The translations under genes were made by a program, and so were the position numbers. 64,000 nucleotides of DNA from IMG/VR virus record IMGVR_UViG_3300049171_000040, positions 1-64,000 of that record. One strand, given 5' to 3'. Below the pieces are notes generated by a model that saw only the letters and a list, made by a program, of their open reading frames with translations, was not told where the DNA came from and did no database searches. This stretch comes from a virus. How positions within the stretch are numbered: position 1 is the stretch's first letter; every line of letters starts with the position of its first letter. Below, piece after piece: positions 28,661 to 36,279 of the stretch.

Positions 28661-29899
28661 ATGGACTCGCGCTCCACTGCAGGGACCATCGTTCGCACCG
28701 CCCGCGTCGCCCAACGGATGACGCTCGCCGAGCTTGGACGGCGTACCGGCTACTCCGCCGCGCAGGTCTCCCGCCTGGAGCGGGGGATCGCGTCGCTGTC
28801 TGATGTTGTGGTGCTTAGGTTGTTCGCCGAGGCTTTGGCGATACCTCCGGGGCGGTTCGGCCTGGCGTGTACATCCCCCAACCACCAGCCAGTGGTTACA
28901 GTGAGTAACCACCGTGAAGAGGAGGCCGATCCGATGCGGCGACGTACACTGCTGGCCGCGGCCGGCTTGAGCATCCCCTTGAGCGTGGTCCAACGAGTCG
29001 AGGACGCGCTCGCCGTCCCTCCGGAGCCGAGCCGCGTCGAAGGACTGGCGGGCATCCAGAGCCGACTGGCGCAGGCCAAACGCCAATATGACCTGAGCGA
29101 ACTCGCCATCCTGACGGCCGGCCTTCCCGACCTACTGTCCGCGGCGCAGCACACCGCTGAACGAGCCGACACACCCGCAGGGTGGGCACTGGTGGCGGAG
29201 TCTCACGCTCTGGCGACCGACGTACTCAGCAAGATCGGACGCGACGGAAGCGCCCGGATCACCGCAGACCGGGCGATGCAGCACGCAAAGCGATCAGGCG
29301 ACCCGGTGGCTATCGGAACCGCGGCGCGCCCTCTCGGGATGGTGCTGCGTAAGGACGGCCGGCACGAGGTCGCAGCCGCTGTCGTGCTGCGGGCGGCCGA
29401 CGGACTGGAGAAGGCGGGCTTGCGGACCGCGGCGCAGGCATCCACGTACATGCGGCTGCTGTGTGCCTCCGCGTACACCGCGAGCTGGGCCGGAGATCAG
29501 CGGCGCGCGTTGGAGCGGATCGGGGAAGCCGAACGTGCTGCCGGTCGTCTGGCTGCTCTGACCGGGAGGCGAGGCGGGCTGCCGTTCGTCGCGTTGTACC
29601 GGTCGAACATCAACTACGCCCTGGGGGACGCGGAGGCGGCGCTGCACGAAGCACGCGGCCTGCGGGCGGACATGTACCCGACGCCAGAGAGACGCGCCCG
29701 GTTGCACACCGACCGAGCACGGGCGTACTGGCGGTGCGGCAAAGCTGAGCAGGCCGCTCACGCGCTGCTGGCCGCGCACCGGGAGGCTCCGGGCGAGGTC
29801 AGGGACCGGCCATCCATCAGGGGAGTCGTGGAAGAACTCGCCCTTCGCCACACACGGATGTCTGGTGTGCGGGAGCTCACGGCGGCCATGAGCATTTGA
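28661..29899 (+). CDS. XRE-family HTH regulator with helical/TPR-like C-domain
   Basis: RTAR...RMTLAELGRRTGYSAAQVSRLERG, internal MRRRTLL, and PERRAR..TD.ARA and APGEVR.RP motifs. Confidence 0.85.
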   Translation: MDSRSTAGTIVRTARVAQRMTLAELGRRTGYSAAQVSRLERGIASLSDVVVLRLFAEALAIPPGRFGLACTSPNHQPVVTVSNHREEEADPMRRRTLLAAAGLSIPLSVVQRVEDALAVPPEPSRVEGLAGIQSRLAQAKRQYDLSELAILTAGLPDLLSAAQHTAERADTPAGWALVAESHALATDVLSKIGRDGSARITADRAMQHAKRSGDPVAIGTAARPLGMVLRKDGRHEVAAAVVLRAADGLEKAGLRTAAQASTYMRLLCASAYTASWAGDQRRALERIGEAERAAGRLAALTGRRGGLPFVALYRSNINYALGDAEAALHEARGLRADMYPTPERRARLHTDRARAYWRCGKAEQAAHALLAAHREAPGEVRDRPSIRGVVEELALRHTRMSGVRELTAAMSI

Positions 29900-30064
29900 T
29901 CCGCAAGGCGGAGATGCCCCGCCTCCCCTCGCCGGAGGCGGGACACCATGTCGACCCGAGGTGGGGACGAGGGCCGGGGAGGTGATCCTCGTCCGCCACG
30001 CCATCTAGAACATCACTCGGTTGCCAGGAGAAGACGCCCGATATGCCTCACTGGTTGTCATAGG

Positions 30065-30256
30065 TCACAAGAGAGGTCGTATCGGGATAACCTCCACCAG
30101 GTCCGCCAGATCCACATGCTCCGCCACCTCGGCTGGCGTCCGGCAGTCCGCATGCCAGTAGCGGGTCCTGCCTACCCGCTGGGAGATGCGCAAGATGGGA
30201 AGGCGGTCGAGCACGACGAGTTCCACCTCAAAGCCGTCCACACCTACCCACCGCAT
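30065..30256 (-). CDS. hypothetical protein
   Basis: MRWVGVDGFEVE...VDLADLVEV; ATG lies 6 nt after TATCCT. Confidence 0.5.
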   Translation of the reverse strand: MRWVGVDGFEVELVVLDRLPILRISQRVGRTRYWHADCRTPAEVAEHVDLADLVEVIPIRPLL

Positions 30257-30346
30257 GCCGGGCAGGATAAGAAACGGCAGGTCAACGAAGCGCAAAACAA
30301 CGAGCCCGCCCTCTGTTGTGGAGAGGGGGGCTCGTCGGCTGTACGA

Positions 30347-31006
30347 CTAATCCTCGCGGTAGCCGTCGCCGATGAGGTCGATGCGCCGGTCGTGGAGGTA
30401 GCTCTCCACCTCGTGGGGACTGGAGAACGAGCGAGTGTCCTTGTCGCTGATCCCGTCCACGGTGAAGGACTCGACGACCTCGCTGCCGGTCACAGTGATG
30501 GTGATGGTGTCGGTGCCCCACTCAGGGTTGTCGTTGTCGCGAGTGAAGGTGGCCCCGACCACGTTGAGCGTGGGCAGATACTCGCGGGCGGCAGCACCGA
30601 GGGAGTCGGCCAGGACGAGGAGCGTGACGTCACGCTCCTCGTCCCACGTGGCCACGGCGGTGAGGTCGTCGGTGCTGGTTGGGCTCTGCCCGTCGCCCTC
30701 GCTCGGCTCCCACTCGCCGTTGATCCACGCGGCGGCGTCCTGGGCGAACATGCCCTCCATGTGGTCGCCTGCCAGGTGCAGGGACCATGCATCCTTGCCC
30801 CGTGCGATGACGAGGAGGTCGCTGTTGGTCTCGTAGAGGGTGACGCTCATGACGGACTCCTGGGGGACGAGGCTGACAGGGACGATCGCGGCGTAGGGGC
30901 GGCCGTACTTGGTCAGGTAGGTGACCTCGCCTCGGTGGTGCGCCGCGTCGGCGAGGTCCCCGAGGGTTTTGCGTGCCTGCTCGATGCCGACTTCCTTGCT
31001 GCTCAT
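30347..31006 (-). CDS. Phd/YefM-like antitoxin domain fused in frame to an acidic unknown domain
   Basis: EVGIEQARKTLGDL......GEVTYLTKYGRPYAAIVPV; internal RBS CAGGAG before ATG at about 30850. Confidence 0.7.
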   Translation of the reverse strand: MSSKEVGIEQARKTLGDLADAAHHRGEVTYLTKYGRPYAAIVPVSLVPQESVMSVTLYETNSDLLVIARGKDAWSLHLAGDHMEGMFAQDAAAWINGEWEPSEGDGQSPTSTDDLTAVATWDEERDVTLLVLADSLGAAAREYLPTLNVVGATFTRDNDNPEWGTDTITITVTGSEVVESFTVDGISDKDTRSFSSPHEVESYLHDRRIDLIGDGYRED

Positions 31007-31013
31007 AGCTGAA

Positions 31014-31030
31014 CCTTAAGGTCCTTAAGG
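31014..31030. promoter_or_regulatory. tandem palindromic operator CCTTAAGG-T-CCTTAAGG overlapping the -10 of the Phd-like gene
   Basis: Two 8-bp palindromes; minus-strand TAAGGT lies 6 nt before the ATG. Confidence 0.6.
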
Positions 31031-31122
31031 AAAGCTGTCTAGGGCCTGAGCCGAGAAGGTTGGAACTCCTCGCACGACTACGCCCCGCCCTCAGAGAGAG
31101 CGGGGCGCAAGCCGAACCGGAG

Positions 31123-31428
31123 CTAGGCGGCCTTCTTCGCCGCCGCCGCCTTGCCTGCGACGTTCACGACGTCCTTGAAGTCCGAGCCCGCCTTGAACTT
31201 CGGCACCCAGCACTCGGGCACATCGACAGTCCCGCCGTTACTCGGATTCCGCGCGGTGCGGGCGGGCTTGTGGACCATCTCGAAAGAGCCCCACCCGGTG
31301 ATCGACACCTTGTCGCCGGACGCGACCGCTTTCGCGATCGCTTCGAGGACCGCGTTCACGGCTTCGGTCGCAGTGGCCTTGCCGCCGACGCGGTCGGCGA
31401 TGGCGTCGATGAGGTCGCTCTTGTGCAT
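31123..31428 (-). CDS. hup: HU family DNA-binding protein
   Basis: MHKSDLIDAIA, GDKVSITGWGSFE, ARTARNP.NG and PKFKAG. Confidence 0.92.
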   Translation of the reverse strand: MHKSDLIDAIADRVGGKATATEAVNAVLEAIAKAVASGDKVSITGWGSFEMVHKPARTARNPSNGGTVDVPECWVPKFKAGSDFKDVVNVAGKAAAAKKAA

Positions 31429-31520
31429 GACTATCTCCTTGCAGATGGTTGTTCGATGGATGATCCCATAGCGGATAGCCGAATGAGGTTCGGTGGACCG
31501 CGTGAGCAAGATCGCCATGA

Positions 31521-31548
31521 CCGGGTGATAATCCTCGTTATCGACTGG
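31521..31548. other. dif/loxP-like recombination site (11-6-11)
   Basis: CCGGGTGATAA TCCTCG TTATCGACTGG; arms 8/11 inverted-identical; abuts the recombinase stop codon. Confidence 0.65.
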
Positions 31549-31549
31549 T

Positions 31550-32539
31550 TCACCACAAGACCTTCGCAACACGCACCGAAGGGTCATTCTCAAGCCGCTT
31601 CGGCGCATCCACGTAAATCTCGGTCGTATCCACCGAAGCGTGACCCAAGGCGTATTGCACCTCACGAAGCGTCGCACCACGCGCAACGGCCAAAGTGGCG
31701 AAAGTGTGCCGCAACATGTGCGGAGTGACACGCTCCGGCCGATACAGCCCAGCTTGCCGCGCGATCCGCTTCACCATCTCCGAGACCTCGCCCGTAAGCA
31801 TCGCCCGCCACCTCGCCGTCACGAACAACGGGCCGGCCGCCGAACCACGCGAGTCGAGATAGGCGTCCATCGTCTCGCTCGCCTCGTCGGGCAGATGCCG
31901 GGTACGGATAACGCCGCCCTTGCCGACGATCCGCACCGTCCGCATGCCCTGCTCGAAGCCGAGCGACGCCGGCGCGAGCGAAACCACCTCGGCGGCTCGC
32001 GGCCCGACCATGAGAAGCATCGGCAACACCGCGGCGGTCCGCAGCCGTTGCCGGCCGTGGTCGTCCACCGCAGCCCGCACCATCGCCTGCGCCTCGGACT
32101 CCGTCAAAGAGACCGTGCTGGACTCCCGCCGGTTGATCTCCGGCCGTCGAGCGCCGGCGAACCGGTTGGCATCGAGCACCGACTCCTCAACGAGGTACGT
32201 GTACCACGACGACACCGCGGCGAGCTTCCGCGCCGCAGACCGCCCGGACAGCCCGCGGGTCCGCTCCAGCCACCCGCGGTAGGCGTCGCCGTGCCCGCGC
32301 GTCACCTCCAGCGGGTCGACGTCACGTTCGGCGCAGAACGCCAGCCACTCCCGCAGATCGGTGCCGTACGCCTTGCTGGTGTGCTCGGACCGCTGGTGGA
32401 GCAGCCACGCCCACACGATTTGCTTGACGGACACGTCCATGGTGGCGATCTCCGCCGTGAGACGTCGCTGCCACAACGGCAGCGGCTTGACGGGCCGGTC
32501 CGGCGCCGGGGCGTGGACGTGGTCGAGGAGAAGGCTCAC
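31550..32539 (-). CDS. XerC/D-like tyrosine recombinase
   Basis: SAM-like domain (T..AY..DL..W, RKLAAVSSWY) and catalytic R (GPRAAE), K (GKGG), HMLRH, LGHA and TTEIY. Confidence 0.92.
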   Translation of the reverse strand: MSLLLDHVHAPAPDRPVKPLPLWQRRLTAEIATMDVSVKQIVWAWLLHQRSEHTSKAYGTDLREWLAFCAERDVDPLEVTRGHGDAYRGWLERTRGLSGRSAARKLAAVSSWYTYLVEESVLDANRFAGARRPEINRRESSTVSLTESEAQAMVRAAVDDHGRQRLRTAAVLPMLLMVGPRAAEVVSLAPASLGFEQGMRTVRIVGKGGVIRTRHLPDEASETMDAYLDSRGSAAGPLFVTARWRAMLTGEVSEMVKRIARQAGLYRPERVTPHMLRHTFATLAVARGATLREVQYALGHASVDTTEIYVDAPKRLENDPSVRVAKVLW

Positions 32540-32937
32540 TGCTGGACGCCCCGGTCTCCATCGGCGGCCCGCCAGTACGCGTCGCTGCAGTACTCCACGA
32601 CAGCTATCCGATGGTTGAGGTGGTGCTCGGTGACGTGCAGTCCGGCGGCGTTCCGTGAGCCGTCCGCCGTTCGGTAGTTGTTGCCGGTCCACGGGCAGGC
32701 CCCGCACCGCCACGCGTAGCCGTACCGGTGCGGGTTGGCCCAGACGTCGATCCCGAACCCCCACACGACCATCCCTGGCGGGATGACGACCGTGGCGGCG
32801 AGCTGCATGACGAGGGCGCCCGCCACCTCTGGGCGGCCCTGCACTGCGGTGTCGAAGCGGTGCCGCGCGCCGGCCAGGTCCCGGGCGTCGAGGCACTCGG
32901 TGATGGTGTCCACTGCCTGGGTCAGGGTGGCGGTCAT
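32536..32937 (-). CDS. hypothetical protein with C..C...H....H Zn-finger-like motif
   Basis: RBS GGAGG; WRCGACPW..H...HH; GTGA-coupled to the recombinase. Confidence 0.55.
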   Translation of the reverse strand: MTATLTQAVDTITECLDARDLAGARHRFDTAVQGRPEVAGALVMQLAATVVIPPGMVVWGFGIDVWANPHRYGYAWRCGACPWTGNNYRTADGSRNAAGLHVTEHHLNHRIAVVEYCSDAYWRAADGDRGVQQ

Positions 32938-33026
32938 GACGGGTATGCCTCCAAGTGGGCGGGGTGGTGTTCTCGCGCACGGCTGCGCGTGGGATGCGGC
33001 GCGAAACGTTTTTGATCTTGATTGAG

Positions 33027-33188
33027 GGTGCAACGGGCCTTCTCGCAGAGGTGCAACAGGGGTGCAAACCGGGGTGCCACGGGCGGTGCAACGAGGGGGT
33101 GCAACCGGGGTGCCACACCACCTCTGACCTGTAACACCCTCGCCCGTTGCACCCCCAGCCCCTCCCGCGAGCCCCGCCAAGGTGCAAC
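33027..33188 (+). repeat. clt-like array of 8-bp GGTGC(A/C)A(C/A) repeats (candidate TraB recognition sequences)
   Basis: Direct copies at 33027, 33050, 33061, 33073, 33085, 33098, 33109 and 33181; inverted copy at 33146; immediately downstream of traB. Confidence 0.8.
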
Positions 33189-33193
33189 TGCAG

Positions 33194-35431
33194 TCAGTCG
33201 ACCTCGGGCCGTCCGAGCATCAGGTGGCGCTGCGCCTCGTCGTCGTAGCCGAGGACACCCGTCTCGCGCAGCTTCTTCAACCGGCCCTGAGCCCACTGCC
33301 TTGTCATGTCCGTCGACGTCCACAACGGACTCAAGTCGCCCGTGGTGAAGTCCCGCCGGCCGTGATCCCACCAGTCCTGCAGCAACTGGACCAGCGCCGC
33401 CAAACGTGCCTCCGGAGTCATCGGCGTCGCCTGCGTGAACTTCCACGGCGGTTCCCCCTCATCCAGGTCGGGAATCTCGTCGTCCAGACCGGCCTGTATC
33501 GATGGGTCCGGGTCGGGTTCGGTCAGATACTCGGCCACCACGTCCTCCTCGGTCTCGTCGTCCGGGTCCTCGTGCGAGCCGCCGCGGATCGCCTGCAGCA
33601 GCTCCTCCAACTCGTCGGGCTGGGTGAGCACGGCAGGTGCACCGCTTTCACGCGGCGGGCCGACCGCGTCACGTCGCCGCAGTTCGGCGATCAGCGCCTC
33701 GGCCTCGGCGAACCCGACCCGGATCTTGCGCTGCAGCATCGACGCCGAAGCGAACTGAGTGTTGACGACCAGCTCGGCCGCCTGCGCGAGAAGGTCAACG
33801 TCGATCGGAGCCGCCGCGGTCACGGGGGCGGCCTGAGGCGAGGCGGTCAGACGAGAGAGAGCGGCGGTCCCTGCGTCCACCTGCTTAGCGGAGGCAGGCC
33901 ACTGTGCGGCGTGTGCCCGCATCGCCTCGTTCGCCCGCTCGTCGTCGAACTCACCCCTGGCGTCGATGCCCCACGCGAAGGTGCGCAGCGGCATCGCATA
34001 CCTGCCGTCCTCGATCGTGGGCGCGTCGAGGTACTGCATTCCGGGCTGCGCGTTGGTCCACAACTCCGGACGGCACTCGGCGTCCTGCTGCCGGTCGCTT
34101 AACCCGAAGGACGCATCGGCGGAGTTCTCTACGCCAAAGCACGCCTTGGCGAGCTGGCCGCGAGCAATCGTCGGCATCTGCGAATAGTCGGACCGCTGCA
34201 ACGACAAGAACACCGACCCGCCGCCAGAACGAATCGCCTTCAGCAGGGACAGGAACCGCTCCTGCTCGGCATCAGTCAGGGCGTCGAAGACGTCGGGGAA
34301 CTCCTCGATCCACAGCACCTGGTACGTCAGCCCGCACCCGGCCTTCCACTTTTGCAGGCCCTTGGCCGCCAGCTTTTCGGTGCGGTCCTTCACCTGGGAC
34401 TGCATCTCGTTCAGCAGCGCCTTGGCACCGGCCTGGGTCGTTTCGAACCGGTGTAGGGCGTCTTCCAGCGGGCCAAGCGTCTGCTTGCCCTTGGTGATGT
34501 CGATCGCGAACACGGCGACGTCATGGCGAGTGATCAGTTCGGCGAGGTAGTTCCATGCCCCGCCGATGCTCTTGCCGGCGCCGGTCATGCCCATGATCTG
34601 CACGTGGTGGCCGACGATGACGTGGCACACCTCGTCGAGGTCCTGCCAGACGCCTGTGCGCAGCGGTTCGGCCACGCTGCCGCCCGGGCGAGACGGGCCT
34701 GGCCAGGCGATGGGCTTCTTCATCACCCGCGCGTCAGAGATCACGACGTTCGCCTTCGATGCGTCGTCCGGGTCGATCGTCGTTGTAATGCTCCCGGGCG
34801 GGAGTTGCATCCCGGATTCGATGTAGCTGACCTTCTTCGTCAGGTCATCTGCCGTCTGTTTCCCCGGCTCAAGCTGCACCTTGCCTTCCACCTTGTGTGG
34901 GGTCGCGGCGGTCGTCTTCGCCTCGATCGCGGGCATCCCGGCACGCTCGGCGCCTTGCCCGAACAGCATCGCGAGCGGGTCGGCGACGACGCTCTGCACG
35001 TCCACCCCCTTGAGACGGATGATCGTGCGGATGTTCCATGTCAACGCCAGGGTTACGCCGCCCACGAGCGCGAGGCGGCCAGTGAAGACGGTGGCCGGCC
35101 CGTTGATGGTGGCGGCGCATACCCACAGGCCGGCGAGCAGGGTCGTGACGGTGGTGTGGGTCCGCCCCCACGGGCCGCGGGCGTGGGACTGGCCGTAGGT
35201 GACGCCAGTGAGGACGAGCACAGCGGCGGCCATCAGGAACATCGTCCAGGCGACCACCTGCGGGTCATCGGAGCGCAGGATGAAGTGGAACGCCGTGCCC
35301 ACGCCATACCCGAAGATGCCGACGACCCACGGCGACATCAGGGCCGCGAGCTTCGACGCTTCCTTCGCCGCGACCTTGGACATGCTCGACTCTGTGTCGA
35401 CGGACACCAGGTCCTTGGTACGCGTCGCCAT
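33194..35431 (-). CDS. traB: TraB-type conjugative DNA translocase (FtsK/SpoIIIE family)
   Basis: N-terminal TMs, Walker A GMTGAGKS, Walker B LWIEE, SLQR, FtsK gamma-like segment and terminal wHTH. Confidence 0.88.
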   Translation of the reverse strand: MATRTKDLVSVDTESSMSKVAAKEASKLAALMSPWVVGIFGYGVGTAFHFILRSDDPQVVAWTMFLMAAAVLVLTGVTYGQSHARGPWGRTHTTVTTLLAGLWVCAATINGPATVFTGRLALVGGVTLALTWNIRTIIRLKGVDVQSVVADPLAMLFGQGAERAGMPAIEAKTTAATPHKVEGKVQLEPGKQTADDLTKKVSYIESGMQLPPGSITTTIDPDDASKANVVISDARVMKKPIAWPGPSRPGGSVAEPLRTGVWQDLDEVCHVIVGHHVQIMGMTGAGKSIGGAWNYLAELITRHDVAVFAIDITKGKQTLGPLEDALHRFETTQAGAKALLNEMQSQVKDRTEKLAAKGLQKWKAGCGLTYQVLWIEEFPDVFDALTDAEQERFLSLLKAIRSGGGSVFLSLQRSDYSQMPTIARGQLAKACFGVENSADASFGLSDRQQDAECRPELWTNAQPGMQYLDAPTIEDGRYAMPLRTFAWGIDARGEFDDERANEAMRAHAAQWPASAKQVDAGTAALSRLTASPQAAPVTAAAPIDVDLLAQAAELVVNTQFASASMLQRKIRVGFAEAEALIAELRRRDAVGPPRESGAPAVLTQPDELEELLQAIRGGSHEDPDDETEEDVVAEYLTEPDPDPSIQAGLDDEIPDLDEGEPPWKFTQATPMTPEARLAALVQLLQDWWDHGRRDFTTGDLSPLWTSTDMTRQWAQGRLKKLRETGVLGYDDEAQRHLMLGRPEVD

Positions 35432-35817
35432 CAGTCGTCATTCCAGTCGAACGTGGACTTCTGCTTCTCGGGCTTGGCCTGCGGGAGAACGTCCACGAAC
35501 TCCTTGCGGAACTGCGCATGAAACTTCACCATCTCCACGCCGCTCGCCCGCTGAAGCTCAGCAGAGCGCTTGAGGCGGCGCACGACCCGCCTGGCTCGCC
35601 ATTTCACGTCCGGGGCGCCCAGCACGCTGAGGATCGGGTGGCCCTTGAACGAGCGGACGAGGACGGCGTACAACTCGTCGGACCCGAGGTTGAACTCCTC
35701 GCCCAGGTCGCGGGCGAGAGCGCGGCCGACCTTGGCGTACTCGGTGATCGACCTCGGGCCGCCCCAAGGGATGTTGGACAACTCGGGGATGCGGCTACGT
35801 CCGGGTTTGTCAGTCAC
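35431..35817 (-). CDS. TraA-like plasmid transfer protein
   Basis: Coupled to traB; RARRV.R.LKR.AE.......KF...F pattern of the small basic genes preceding actinomycete traB. Confidence 0.55.
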   Translation of the reverse strand: MTDKPGRSRIPELSNIPWGGPRSITEYAKVGRALARDLGEEFNLGSDELYAVLVRSFKGHPILSVLGAPDVKWRARRVVRRLKRSAELQRASGVEMVKFHAQFRKEFVDVLPQAKPEKQKSTFDWNDD

Positions 35818-36035
35818 AGGGAGTCCTCCCAACTCTCCCGGACGGCATCACGAAGCTGACCGGAGATGAAGCCGATACGGCGGGTGCCGATACGGGCGGT
35901 GATCAACGCGTCTGTGGCGGTGATCAGTAAGACGACGACGTGGCCGGTGAGGGTCAGTGCGACCGTCACCCGCGCTACGGCGGCGTAGGCCAGGATGCGA
36001 GCCCATCGACCCGCTCTGACGTGGATGCCGCGCAC
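35814..36035 (-). CDS. small membrane protein of the transfer operon
   Basis: RBS GGAGG, one TM, overlaps the traA-like start. Confidence 0.5.
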   Translation of the reverse strand: MRGIHVRAGRWARILAYAAVARVTVALTLTGHVVVLLITATDALITARIGTRRIGFISGQLRDAVRESWEDSL

Positions 36036-36111
36036 TGGTCCTCCTTCTGCCGGGAGTTAGCTCAGTTGGTGTCGGCCCGAGGGCCGCCAGGGGAGGAGCA
36101 GCGGGCGGCGC

Positions 36112-36279
36112 TCACTGCGACCTCCGGCGGGTGATGCAGGTGGGGCACGACGACTGGGCGCAGTAGTTCTTGGGGGTCACGGACCAGATCGCCAGCGCCC
36201 GGTCGGGGCTGTGGCGGGTAAACCTCAACCACCAAGCGATGACGTAGGTACGAGCGGCGACAACTGCAGGGGCCTTCAT
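36112..36279 (-). CDS. small Cys-containing protein (55 aa)
   Basis: ATGA-coupled to the upstream gene; MKAPAVV...YCAQSSCPTCITRRRSQ. Confidence 0.4.
   Translation of the reverse strand: MKAPAVVAARTYVIAWWLRFTRHSPDRALAIWSVTPKNYCAQSSCPTCITRRRSQ

Noticed and set aside
31550-33187. 545-aa recombinase as given by the ORF track
   Set aside because: The upstream extension runs through the repeat array and another gene. The GTGA-coupled start at 32539 gives a normal-sized enzyme.
33027-33188. CRISPR array
   Set aside because: The repeats are only 8 bp with 3-5 bp gaps, there are no unique 30-40 bp spacers and no cas genes; a clt fits better.
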